A stretch of 64,000 bases of DNA from a virus (taxonomy: Duplodnaviria; Heunggongvirae; Uroviricota; Caudoviricetes), in the IMG/VR virus record IMGVR_UViG_2718218136_000001; one strand, given 5' to 3'. The notes under the pieces were generated by a model. That model worked only from the letters and a program-made list of their open reading frames with translations, did not search any database and had not been told where the DNA came from. The translations under genes and the position numbers were made by a program. Shown in pieces: positions 23,368 through 34,500 of this stretch (positions are counted from its first letter, which is position 1; each line of letters starts with the position of its first letter).

Positions 23368-24399
23368 ATGTCCAATTTACTGACCGTACACCAAAATTTG
23401 CCTGCATTACCGGTCGATGCAACGAGTGATGATGTTCGCAAGAACCTGATGGACATGTTCAGGGATCGCCAGGCGTTTTCTGAGCATACATGGAAAATGC
23501 TTCTGTCCGTTTGCCGGTCGTGGGCGGCATGGTGCAAGTTGAATAACCGGAAGTGGTTTCCCGCAGAACCTGAAGATGTTCGCGATTATCTTCTATATCT
23601 TCAGGCGCGCGGTCTGGCAGTAAAAACTATCCAGCAACATTTGGGCCAGCTAAACATGCTTCATCGTCGGTCCGGGCTGCCACGACCAAGTGACAGCAAT
23701 GCTGTTTCACTGGTTATGCGGCGGATCCGAAAAGAAAACGTTGATGCCGGTGAACGTGCAAAACAGGCTCTAGCGTTCGAACGCACTGATTTCGACCAGG
23801 TTCGTTCACTCATGGAAAATAGCGATCGCTGCCAGGATATACGTAATCTGGCATTTCTGGGGATTGCTTATAACACCCTGTTACGTATAGCCGAAATTGC
23901 CAGGATCAGGGTTAAAGATATCTCACGTACTGACGGTGGGAGAATGTTAATCCATATTGGCAGAACGAAAACGCTGGTTAGCACCGCAGGTGTAGAGAAG
24001 GCACTTAGCCTGGGGGTAACTAAACTGGTCGAGCGATGGATTTCCGTCTCTGGTGTAGCTGATGATCCGAATAACTACCTGTTTTGCCGGGTCAGAAAAA
24101 ATGGTGTTGCCGCGCCATCTGCCACCAGCCAGCTATCAACTCGCGCCCTGGAAGGGATTTTTGAAGCAACTCATCGATTGATTTACGGCGCTAAGGATGA
24201 CTCTGGTCAGAGATACCTGGCCTGGTCTGGACACAGTGCCCGTGTCGGAGCCGCGCGAGATATGGCCCGCGCTGGAGTTTCAATACCGGAGATCATGCAA
24301 GCTGGTGGCTGGACCAATGTAAATATTGTCATGAACTATATCCGTAACCTGGATAGTGAAACAGGGGCAATGGTGCGCCTGCTGGAAGATGGCGATTAG
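23368..24399 (+). CDS. cre: Cre tyrosine recombinase
   Basis: 343 aa, MSNLLTVHQNLPALPVDATSD...; essentially the Cre sequence. Confidence 0.98.
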   Translation: MSNLLTVHQNLPALPVDATSDDVRKNLMDMFRDRQAFSEHTWKMLLSVCRSWAAWCKLNNRKWFPAEPEDVRDYLLYLQARGLAVKTIQQHLGQLNMLHRRSGLPRPSDSNAVSLVMRRIRKENVDAGERAKQALAFERTDFDQVRSLMENSDRCQDIRNLAFLGIAYNTLLRIAEIARIRVKDISRTDGGRMLIHIGRTKTLVSTAGVEKALSLGVTKLVERWISVSGVADDPNNYLFCRVRKNGVAAPSATSQLSTRALEGIFEATHRLIYGAKDDSGQRYLAWSGHSARVGAARDMARAGVSIPEIMQAGGWTNVNIVMNYIRNLDSETGAMVRLLEDGD

Positions 24400-24416
24400 C
24401 CATTAACGCTTAAATG

Positions 24417-24433
24417 ATTGCTCTAATTATTTG
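24417..24433 (+). promoter_or_regulatory. C1-operator-like site after cre
   Basis: attgctctaattatttg. Confidence 0.5.
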
Positions 24434-24449
24434 ATATTTATGGTGACAT

Positions 24450-24761
24450 GTGAGAAAGGATTTCAACATCGACGGAAAATATGTATTGCTGTCTGTAAGC
24501 ACTAATATTCAGTCGCCAGCCGTCATTGTCACTGTAAAGCTGAGCGATAGAATGCCTGATATTGACTCAATATCCGTTGCGTTTCCTGTCAAAAGTATGC
24601 GTAGTGCTGAACATTTCGTGATGAATGCCACCGAGGAAGAAGCACGGCGCGGTTTTGCTAAAGTGATGTCTGAGTTTGGCGAACTCTTGGGTAAGGTTAA
24701 CAATGTCCTTTCAATCAGTTCAGCAAGGTCCAAAGCGTTAACAGCTTCCATGATGAAATAA
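24450..24761 (+). CDS. Small protein downstream of cre (cra position)
   Basis: 103-aa ORF; synteny only. Confidence 0.45.
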   Translation: MRKDFNIDGKYVLLSVSTNIQSPAVIVTVKLSDRMPDIDSISVAFPVKSMRSAEHFVMNATEEEARRGFAKVMSEFGELLGKVNNVLSISSARSKALTASMMK

Positions 24762-24893
24762 AAAAAAGCCTGGCAAGGAGCCAGGCTGCACAAAAGAGCG
24801 GGTTTGTATTCCACATCCAATCAATCAAGAAGGAGTATAGCACACAGGTACTGAAGTGAAAAAATGTGATTCGCGATAAACAAAATACCTATC

Positions 24894-24910
24894 ATTGCTC
24901 TAATTGATTG
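24894..24910 (+). promoter_or_regulatory. C1-operator-like site upstream of ref, with an overlapping second partial site
   Basis: attgctctaattgattgctataattg. Confidence 0.55.
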
Positions 24911-24977
24911 CTATAATTGAGCCGCAGTTTTTGTCAACTACGAAGACGTTGCCATTACTTCACTCCTTGACATCATT

Positions 24978-25003
24978 GGCGGCCATTAGGCCGCCTTTTT
25001 TTT
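24978..25003 (+). terminator. GC-rich hairpin (ggcggcc atta ggccgcc) followed by T8, ending 5 nt before the ref ATG
   Basis: Read directly. Confidence 0.6.
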
Positions 25004-25008
25004 GCCAT

Positions 25009-25452
25009 ATGAAAACAATCGAACAAAAAATTGAACAGTGCCGCAAGTGGCAGAAGGCAGCCAGAGAACGAGCGATCGCTCGGCAACGGGAGAAGTTGGC
25101 TGATCCGGTCTGGCGAGAATCTCAATATCAGAAAATGCGGGATACTCTCGACCGCCGTATCGCTAAACAGAAAGAGCGCCCACCAGCCAGCAAAACGCGG
25201 AAAAGCGCGGTAAAAATAAAATCTCGTGGCTTGAAGGGGAGAACACCAACGGCGGAGGAACGGCGCATCGCCAATGCTCTTGGCGCTCTCCCCTGCATTG
25301 CCTGCTATATGCATGGAGTAATATCTAATGAGGTGTCTCTGCACCATATCGCCGGTCGTACCGCGCCGGGTTGTCATAAAAAGCAATTGCCACTTTGTAG
25401 ATGGCACCACCAGCATGCAGCTCCGGCTGAAGTAAGAGAAAAATACCCATGA
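25009..25452 (+). CDS. ref: Ref HNH endonuclease (recombination enhancement function), truncated by in-frame TGA
   Basis: MKTIEQKIEQCRKWQ...; HNH signature SLHHIAGR...CRWHHQ; the reading frame continues for 38 more codons after the TGA to a TAA at 25567-25569. Confidence 0.8.
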   Translation: MKTIEQKIEQCRKWQKAARERAIARQREKLADPVWRESQYQKMRDTLDRRIAKQKERPPASKTRKSAVKIKSRGLKGRTPTAEERRIANALGALPCIACYMHGVISNEVSLHHIAGRTAPGCHKKQLPLCRWHHQHAAPAEVREKYP

Positions 25453-25757
25453 CTGGTCCCTGTTCATGCCGATGGTGTGGTTGGAGGCAAGAAAGAATTC
25501 ACCTTGCTGAACAAGTCAGAGATGGAGTTACTGGCTGACGCCTATGAAATGGCAAACATCATGCACTAATAAATATATTATTTTTAATGATAAATGATTG
25601 ACAACTGACAAGTGACTTCAGTCAGAATCATCACACGCCCGGTACGGATGGATCCCTTTTCAAATATTCCATGGACGGCACAGTCTGAGTACCGGGCGCT
25701 ACCTTCAGTTGTATTGCTAAGCCGCCGCTGGTGGCTTTTCTTTTTTGTAGGGGCGCT

Positions 25758-26399
25758 ATGGATAAGAAAATATGCGTTGTTTCAATGAGCGTCGGCAAAC
25801 CGGCGTCAATGACTGCTGCATGGATCAACAATGAGCTGATCATGGCTGAGCGGACCAGCTACCCTGAACGCCGCCGCGATATGGAACTCCAGCTGCTGCG
25901 CGAATTGCGAGAAAAAGAGGAAAAGGGTTTTATCGTGCTGGTGGAAGAGGAAAACAGCTTTATTACCGGTCGAGTTGGCCAGCGTGTAAGGTTGCGTGAT
26001 CCCTTCATGAACGGCAGACCGGTACTGATTGAAGCAATGCAGATTTACAAGGAATTGGAACGCCAGAAAGCGATCAAGTTACCGCGCAAGGAATCCGGCA
26101 AATACATCCTTCACCAAAGCATCTTCGATTCCGAACACGATAAAAAAGGCGATGAATTTTTCAACATCAACTGGAGCGAAATAACGACAGAACATGTTCT
26201 GACGTTACTATGTTGCTTTGCGACGGAATACAACAACGTTGCCAGCGCCGACTACATCAGGGCAATGGCTGGAGAAGTTGAGGCCCGCCAGGAGCCATCG
26301 TTACTAAGCCCTCTGATTAACAGAATTCGCGGAACCCAAACGCTGGCACAAAAACGGGTGCCGAAAGGGGAATTAACAGGAAAAGGAAATTATCTATAA
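25758..26399 (+). CDS. Protein at the mat (particle maturation) position
   Basis: ORF track 25731..26399; ATG at 25758 (MDKKICVV) has a better RBS; synteny. Confidence 0.45.
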   Translation: MDKKICVVSMSVGKPASMTAAWINNELIMAERTSYPERRRDMELQLLRELREKEEKGFIVLVEEENSFITGRVGQRVRLRDPFMNGRPVLIEAMQIYKELERQKAIKLPRKESGKYILHQSIFDSEHDKKGDEFFNINWSEITTEHVLTLLCCFATEYNNVASADYIRAMAGEVEARQEPSLLSPLINRIRGTQTLAQKRVPKGELTGKGNYL

Positions 26400-26455
26400 A
26401 CGTCAATGCATTAGGGTATACTTCTCCATAGAACTATAAGTAAATGGAGTAAGTA

Positions 26456-27556
26456 ATGAGCGAATATGTTGAGTTAGCATACGCTGCCGCTACAAGCAGG
26501 CTTTGTCTATTTACCGGGACTGGCTTTTCAAAGGCAGTCTCGAACGGCGAAGCACCAACGTGGAAAGAACTATTAAAAAAAGTTTGCAGCAAAGTTCACA
26601 ACGCCAAACAGTTGGAAGACACGTTATTCCCTGATGATAAACCACCAGCACTGAGTCTTGAAGAAGCCGCACAAATACTATCTTTGAAGCTCAACATTGA
26701 AGGCAAGTCGATTTATGATGAAATTGTTGACATCATATCTCCAATACAACTTGGCGAAGATATATCAAATATAAAGGATTTTTTTCAAAAAAGAACATTT
26801 CGTGTCATTACAACGAATTATGACAAGTTAGCTGAATACTTAACTGGAGATGAGGAGGTTCAGTCTATTACCCCAGGCTTACCTATTCCTAAATATCCCT
26901 CCAAAGTTAAAATATATCATGTCCATGGTTCTATTGACTCTCCACAAAACATGATTGTTACATCAGAAGACTATTTTAGGTTTATAAACTCCGACACTTA
27001 TTTCTCTCGAAAACTTAGCACGATGCTGCATGAAAATACAGTTGCGATATTAGGCTATTCTTTAAGCGACACGAACCTAAAAGCAATTATAAATGATTAC
27101 AAAATATTCTCGAAAGGTAACACTCTGTGCTCTAATATATTTTTCATCTCTCGCAGTGAAGTAAGTCAAGATATGAAGGATTATTATTTTTATTGTTTTG
27201 GAATACGAGTAATTGACAACACCGAAATAGACTCTTTCTTTAAGAGATTGAGCATTAACATAATGTTAATTGAAGGCGTCATAGCAAGAGCCAGACAAAG
27301 TATAAAAAGAGTTTTATCAGGCACTTTTAACTATAAGGATGAATACATTAGATTAGAAGATTCATTCTATCAAATAACTTCCTCGATTATATCTGAGGGT
27401 TTCGACTGGAATGACGGACAAGTAGTTGATTTTTTTCAAGAGAATAATAAAACAAAAAAGAGACTTAACAAGAGAGAGTGGTGCTTGGGAGCAATACGAG
27501 CAGCTTGCAAAATGGCTTATATATTTCGGCAGCCTTTTAGAAATTGGTGGAACTAA
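26456..27556 (+). CDS. SIR2-family protein (putative NAD+-depleting defence effector), possibly continuing to 27746 after a +1 frameshift
   Basis: FTGTGFS, TTNYD and YHVHGS motifs typical of defence-associated SIR2 domains; AT-rich; overlapping ORF 27426..27746 in another frame looks like the true C-terminus. Confidence 0.65.
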   Translation: MSEYVELAYAAATSRLCLFTGTGFSKAVSNGEAPTWKELLKKVCSKVHNAKQLEDTLFPDDKPPALSLEEAAQILSLKLNIEGKSIYDEIVDIISPIQLGEDISNIKDFFQKRTFRVITTNYDKLAEYLTGDEEVQSITPGLPIPKYPSKVKIYHVHGSIDSPQNMIVTSEDYFRFINSDTYFSRKLSTMLHENTVAILGYSLSDTNLKAIINDYKIFSKGNTLCSNIFFISRSEVSQDMKDYYFYCFGIRVIDNTEIDSFFKRLSINIMLIEGVIARARQSIKRVLSGTFNYKDEYIRLEDSFYQITSSIISEGFDWNDGQVVDFFQENNKTKKRLNKREWCLGAIRAACKMAYIFRQPFRNWWN

Positions 27557-27814
27557 GTATGAAAATGAATATTTAGACGCCGTTGAATACTCAATGTCCA
27601 ACATGAGCAAAGAAATGAGATTAGGTTATTCGTGGCATGCTTATAGAGCTTGGGAAACAAGATGGTCCACAATCATTGCTTCAAATCGATTAATAATAAA
27701 AAACGCATCGAAGAAATTGGCGTACTGGAGGATGCTAATTCTATAGTAAAAGATATAGTGTAATTGAAGAGCGGCAAAAATTTAACGGGCAGCTACAACT
27801 GCCCGATATATAAA

Positions 27815-28063
27815 TCAATCCGCATTCAGGAGCAATGCGTTATCTATGATGATCTGCTCCCATTCTTCGAATGCCCGGTCGCGGACGCCCTGGGGAACGC
27901 TGTTAGTTTTGAAATCGACGACCGTACGCCATTTCCCGTCCGGACGGTACATGCGCAGAGCTTTACTTCCCCCTTCCCTGCGCACCTCAACGTTATGCTT
28001 ATCAGCAAACTCTTGTAATGCTCGTAGCGTCCCATGCTTTACTGTGTAGTATCGCTTTTTCAA
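27815..28063 (-). CDS. lxc: Lxc/Bof-like C1 co-repressor
   Basis: 82-aa basic protein upstream of darB; size and position as P1 lxc. Confidence 0.55.
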   Translation of the reverse strand: MKKRYYTVKHGTLRALQEFADKHNVEVRREGGSKALRMYRPDGKWRTVVDFKTNSVPQGVRDRAFEEWEQIIIDNALLLNAD

Positions 28064-28500
28064 GTTTTCTCTCCAGCCTGTGCCAAGGCTTCAACTTCCA
28101 AATCGTAAGACTCAAACTCATAGTCCTGGTCGTCAACTTCTTCAGGCACTGGCAGTAAATGCCAGGCTGAGTATATCTGACCATTATCAAAACGCTCCTG
28201 GCTGTAGAGCGTCGCGGCTATGAGTGTTAGCGCCGGGCGGTCATAACGGTAAATTTTGCGAACGTCACGGTCAACGAGACGACCGAAATTACCATAACCG
28301 CGCTCCAGTAATAATTTTTTAATTTCCGGCCAGTATGGACCATAGCTGCGGTACAGGCGGGGATTTTTCAGTAATCGCCCGCGTAGCCCTGACAGGAAGA
28401 AATCAACGTATTCGTCTTCTGTCTTTCCTAACAACGCTGTACGGAGTACCGCCTCAAGATATGTTTTATTCGGTTTTATTGTATCAGATAGTGTGGCCAT
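28060..28500 (-). CDS. Ulx-like protein
   Basis: 146 aa, ATGA-coupled to the lxc-like gene, immediately upstream of darB. Confidence 0.45.
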   Translation of the reverse strand: MATLSDTIKPNKTYLEAVLRTALLGKTEDEYVDFFLSGLRGRLLKNPRLYRSYGPYWPEIKKLLLERGYGNFGRLVDRDVRKIYRYDRPALTLIAATLYSQERFDNGQIYSAWHLLPVPEEVDDQDYEFESYDLEVEALAQAGEKT

Positions 28501-28533
28501 ATTATGCGACGCCCGGCGAACCGGGCGCTCCTG

Positions 28534-31500
28534 TTATGCGTATTGTTGGATGACGGCCAGAACGTCCGCCACGTTGTGTTTTGTCTCGATAATCCACCAG
28601 TTACCCGGGAAATCGCTGTTCTTCGCCTTCGCTGGCAGCCAGCGAGCGCCGAATTTCGCCTTGATTGCGTCTTTCGCACGGAAAAGAACGCCTTTCATGC
28701 CTGAGGCTTCCTGAAGCCCAAATACCTCGCCAGCGGCGAATTTTGGTGCGTACATCATCTTCAGGTCGGCGGTGGATACGCGATAATTCAGACCAAGAGA
28801 CTGAGCTATGCTGGTGGCATCACCCTGTATTGATGATAACTCTTCTTGTTTCTCGTTTCTGGCGGCAATTTCTTCCTCCGTGATGTTGCCAAGGGCCAGG
28901 TTTATCCGATCAGCGTCGGCCTGTTTCTCTTCATCGGTGCGCCCGGCAAGAACCGTGTTAATTCTCTGCAATATCTCCACATGATTCTTGCGCATGCTGA
29001 GCAATTCCGGCGTAACCTCGTTAAGATCCACCAGCCCAAGGATGGCAAGGTCGGAAAACATTGATACCAGGTTGTAGGTCATGCGATAGCTGAGTTGGCC
29101 ATAGGCTGATGGCAACTGCACCGCATCCATTTGATAGGCATCCATAAATTTAGAGCCGTCGTTTACGACATCCGCAATTGCAGGTGTGATTTTCCCTGTG
29201 GTGGCGGCCTCCCTGATTGCTGTTACCCATGATTGAGTCAGTGCGGCGACTGCATGATTCAGATTGGCTTCCCGTTCTGCTGCGATGCGCGCGCTTGCTG
29301 AGTCCATTGCCTGCTTGATCTCGGCTTTATTGCTGTAAATGCCAATGGTGCCAAACTGTGCTGTGGTGATCTCATAATCTGACGCCCGGAACTCATGGGT
29401 ACCGAAAATGGCATTGGTGACCTCAAGTTCAGAATCCCCGTTACGAGTAGCCCCCTGGCTTGTTTTCTCCGGCATTTTTGCGATCGCATCCGCTATTTTC
29501 TCCTGAATTACTTCAGGGGATAGCGTATCTCCGTATGACGCGATTACATCGCCATAATTGGAGCCAAACAATTCAACCAGGAATGTTTCTGCCGAACGGA
29601 TCTGGCGGTTATTCCCTTCCGACATCATACCAAGCACCCATTTTGCAATTGACGACTTCAGCGCGCCGTCACGGCGATCCGGGTAAACCGCATGCTTCAG
29701 TGGGGCCGTATAGGAACCAACAAAATCAATGCTATAGCCTGACTCTGTAGTCTGAACGCCGTATGAGTCAGTGATTTTGATCATGCCGCGCTGCTGGAAA
29801 CGGTAGAAATCGTCACAGGAAATGATGTCGTTAATCCCGGCGATGGAGACGCCACCACTGATTTTCTGCATAACAGCATCTTCATCGGGAGTTACATCAA
29901 CCTGTTTATCCAGCGTCTTCACATCCCAGTTACCCGATTTGGTGCCTTTGAAGGTAAAGATGATCTCCACGTCTGCGCGCTGGCTGTCGAAGTCCAGCGA
30001 CTTAATGCGAACGATATCACCGGCACAATCATAGTATTGGCCTACACGCCATGAGCGATCGCCGATAACAAGGAACTCATTCGCATGGTTAACCAGATCA
30101 GGATCAACATCCAGAATGCCTTTATTTATTGCATCCTCCACCAGCGGGCGCAGGCGTTTGATATCCGTCGCGGCCTTCTGAGTACGGTTCAATAATTTCT
30201 CATAGCGGGAGATGGCCTGAGAGATATTAGCCTTGCGCTGAATGGCGCTTTTCAACGACGCGCGATACTGTGCTAACAACATACGGTCTGTGTGATGGAC
30301 GCTACCCCAGCGGGCTTTCCAGTCTGCGTTATCAGCTGCTTTGGCCATTACCGCCTGTTTGAATTTGGCGACGTCGGCGGTGGTCTTTTCAAGTTCCGCT
30401 TTGCTTCGCTCCAATTCAGCGGTAAGTACCTCCACATCCTCACCAGCTGCGTGCTGCGCCTTGATGTAGTTCTGAAGGTCGATAGTAGCCTGTTCTTTCT
30501 GGCGAGCGCGTTTCGCAGCTTTCGCCTTATCCATTTGAACCTGCATCATTACCAGACGTTCGCCGTCATCCTTCGCGGTATACATCTGCATTTCGATCAT
30601 GTCATTGGCGTCGGCGTTCTCCATTTCTGACTTATCTGAACGGAGGATATCGGAGATCCAGCCTGCTTTACGCTTCAGCGTCTTCAGTCGGTATTCATCG
30701 AAAGACCCCTTGCCGCAGTAGTAGTGAACGCGAACGCTTGCACGGTTGGAGCCAACTCGTGCACCGCGACCGTTACGTTGTGCGATACTGGCTGGTGTCC
30801 ACGGCAACGTCAGGTGGTGGATATCCGTCGTTCCTCGATGCAGGTTGATACCCACCTCTGCCTTTTTGTTGCAGATGATGATCGGAGTCCGGCCCTCCTG
30901 GAAGTCGGCTGCAATCTTTTCCAGACCGCCCAACGACATTTCATTTTGCTGCGCGATATAGGCGTCATACAGAGCCATTTGCTCGTTGTATTTCGCTATC
31001 TGTGCATCTGTTGGTTCATCCGGTAGCTCTTTCGGCGGTTTAACCGCTTTCAGTTTCTTACCGGTTTTACCTGCCTCGGCAACCGTCTGAGCATTCAGGA
31101 TCCCCACCTTTGAAGGTTCAAGGTTTAGAGCATTGCAGATAATGCGCTTGAGCTTCTGGTGCTGCGTTTTTTCATCGGTGAAGATGATTTGCTTACCTTC
31201 CGGGAAAAACTCCTTCAGCGTCGCGATCAGCTTCGCGTATTTCGGCGTAACGGGGTGAGTTACGGTCAGTTCGTCAATGCCAAACCTGGCCAGGCGCTTA
31301 TTCACTTCCTGCTCGAACGCTTCCGGAACCTGCAACTGAATAAACTCGCCCTTATCTATCAGGGAGTATTGCGATTGCTGCGTGATTGAATCATCACTGT
31401 CGTCGTCTTCGCTGGTGGCTTGTTTAGGCAAACTGTCCGCAAGCTGCTGCACCGCATCGGCGTACTCCGGCAGGAAACGATAGGTGATCCGGCGATAGTA

Positions 31501-34500
31501 CAGGTCCATGTCAGTACATACGCGGTCCATATCCCTGATTATTGAGAAGATCGGACGGGCTTTCTCGTGCTCAATCACGCCGTCTTCATTGACCGAGGTC
31601 GTTACGCCATTGTTGGCTTTGGCCGCCGCTTCCGCCTGCTGACGCAATTCTTCATACGCCGCCAGTTGTTCTTCAGTAAGTGGTGCATCCTGCTGGTGTT
31701 CGTCCAGCTCCGGGATCTCCACGGTATCCTTAACGTCTTCCGCCGTTTTAAGCGTTACCCAGCGATGGAATATACCGCGCAGCGCATCAAGGTTTTCAAA
31801 GCCCACCAGCGCCATTTTTTCTTCAACTTCACCGCTAATTTTCTGTACCGTTTCCAGCCTGGTCTTGCCGAAGAATTTAACGAAGTCATCAGGACCGTAG
31901 ATCCCCATGTTCTGCCAGTATTCCTTCGGCAGAACATGAGAAAGCATGTTGTATGCATCGATCGGGGTGTTAACGACTGGCGTTGCAGTCAGGAGAACCG
32001 GCCCGCGCCCGCCATTCTTTTTCATCAGGTACGCGTTTTTAATTGCCATATCTCGCGCCGATTGCGCCACCGCGCTGGTGGGCAGATAGGCCAGTTGTGA
32101 CGCTTCGCGACCATTTTTATAGCTATTGCGGTAGTTGTGACCTTCGTCAGCGATCACACTATCGAAGCCCATATCCTCAAAGTACGGATACTTCTCTGCT
32201 TTTTCGGTGCCGGTATCTGAATACTCCGACAATACCCGGCGACGCGCGGCCTCTTTGCGGTGGGAGTCGGAGTCCATTGCGCTGGCTACGCGTCCGGCGG
32301 CAACGAAGTCATAAAGCATATCCTGTGCATGCTCATCTACGGTGTCATCACGTAGCGGAATGCGGGCGTATTGTTCTTTGGTAAACACGACTGCACGGTA
32401 ATTTGAGTGCGGGATCGCGTTCATCCGCGCCGTGATAGTGGCTTCATCTGCCAGCTTAAGAGCATCGCGCATAACTGGAGTGCCATCAGTACCAAGAACA
32501 GGTTTACCGTTCTCATCGAGCACCGGCACCTGGCGAATCTGATCACCATCCATCAGCACATCAAGACCGACGAACAGGTAGTTACTGAATGCCTCTTCAC
32601 TCAGGAATTCTTTTGCTTCGTAATACCAGTTTTCCAGCACTGATTTAGGCACTACATACGCAGTACGGGTGGAGCGACCGTTCTCATAGTTGAACGCCTC
32701 AAGCGCCAGCGCGGTCGTGGTTTTACCCAGCCCGGTGCCGAAGCCCAGGATGCCGCGCCCATCTTCGGACAGTCGGCGCACCTCGCTATTCTGGTAATCA
32801 AATGGCTGGCGCTTACCGCTTAATCCCTTCAACCCAAGCGGATCGCCAGAGTGTTCATACGGGATATTGCTATTGAACACATCGTTGTATTTGGCAACCA
32901 GCTCATCGTAGCGATCGTGCGTCTTGATCCACTTATTGAACTGGTCCTCAAGCAGTGCCATCTGCTCGCGGTAGCCGTTCGCCGTCGCGCTATCTTTGCC
33001 ACCGATACGCGCACCATTGAGATACTTTTCCAGCTGTGCCGGGAACCCGGTCGCGTTTTCACCTGATTTACGGTCCCACTCGTAGCGGATCTCGCCTGTT
33101 TCTTTATCCTTGCGCTGGACGACACCGTATCGGTGCCCGACGAACAGACCATCACCACCGTGATAGGTGTCAGAAACCATTTCGTCGCCTTCCAGCTGCA
33201 CTGACTGCACATAGCGCAGATCCGGATAGCCGTTTTCCTGCAAAAACTCCAGAATGACGGAACGGTCGAACCAACGGCTATTGAGCTTAAACCGGATATT
33301 CTCTGCTGGCGTCTTGATGCGCTTCTCTTCGATCGCTGCCAGCTGATTAAGGACGTTGTTCTTTACTGGACCGTCGGGGAGCGTGGCGAGGAATTCCTGT
33401 TTTGGAGCCACTATCTCGTTAATGTCGCCGCTGGTGGCGCGGGCGAACGGAACAATCCCGCCATACGGTGAAACCGCAATACCAGGAGTGCTGGCCAATA
33501 AATTAAGCAACTCTTCATCACTGGCTGGCAATTCGCCGGTAAACGCAAGGCGGAAATCATCGAGCTGGATTGGATCGCGGGTAAGATCGCTATAGAGATA
33601 ACGCAGGGTGTCCTGATAGCTGGTGGAGTCATAACTGGCGCTGGAATCATGCGTAACCAGCTTTCCTGTCAGCTCGTCAGAAATAGTGCCATCCAGCTTA
33701 ATTGCACCACGGAAAGCAAACCAGGCGCGCGCACCGCTTCCCGATAATTTAGCTATCGGACCGCGACCAGGGTTACCAAAACGGTCAATCTCTGCCTGCA
33801 AACGGGATACCAGAGAAAGGCGCTGCTGTTCGATTTGTTCAGCACTATGCCCGGCGGCCTTCATATCCTGATATTCAATTAACATCCGGCCAATCATCGC
33901 CCCACGATACAAGCGTTCACGGTATTTTTCAGGCTGGCTGTTAATCCAGTCCACCAGCGGCACCATATCGTCGCTGATTGATGTGGTGTACTTATCGCGG
34001 ACATTTGCCATCTGGGTAAATGTCATACCGAGACGGCCTTCTGTTGTAGTCAGGTTACGCTGAAGAGCCTCCCAGCTATCCGCGCCATAACTGGCAGCAT
34101 CAATTTTAAGTTCCTTCCCGGCATCAGCTTCAATCCAGCGACCACCAGCATATTTTTGCCATACGCCATTAATCAGGCGCATTTCCCCTTCACCAACAAC
34201 GTCTGCGGTCAGTGACGGTTCAGCCATATCGAGCAAAGACCAGTCGATACGGCTTTCGAAACGATGAATCAGCTTCGCTTTAAGAGCCTGGTTATCAATC
34301 TGACCGTCGGCACGAACCTCAATACGCCCCTGGAAGCCCTTTTCCTGGGTGCCATGAACAAACCGGCGGCCATCCTTTTCAAACCACTTGCCAGAAATAA
34401 ACGTTGGCCAAAGCACATTTGCTGATTCAAGAGTGCTTTCATCCACCAGGGAGATTTTCTCAGCCATCTCTGCCGGATGTTTGCGCATCAGCACCACATC

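Noticed and set aside
24762-24800. Hairpin gcctggc-aagga-gccaggc after cra as a cra terminator
   Set aside because: The U-tract is on the wrong side for a plus-strand terminator (A-run precedes it); it would only act on a minus-strand transcript, which has no supported gene here.
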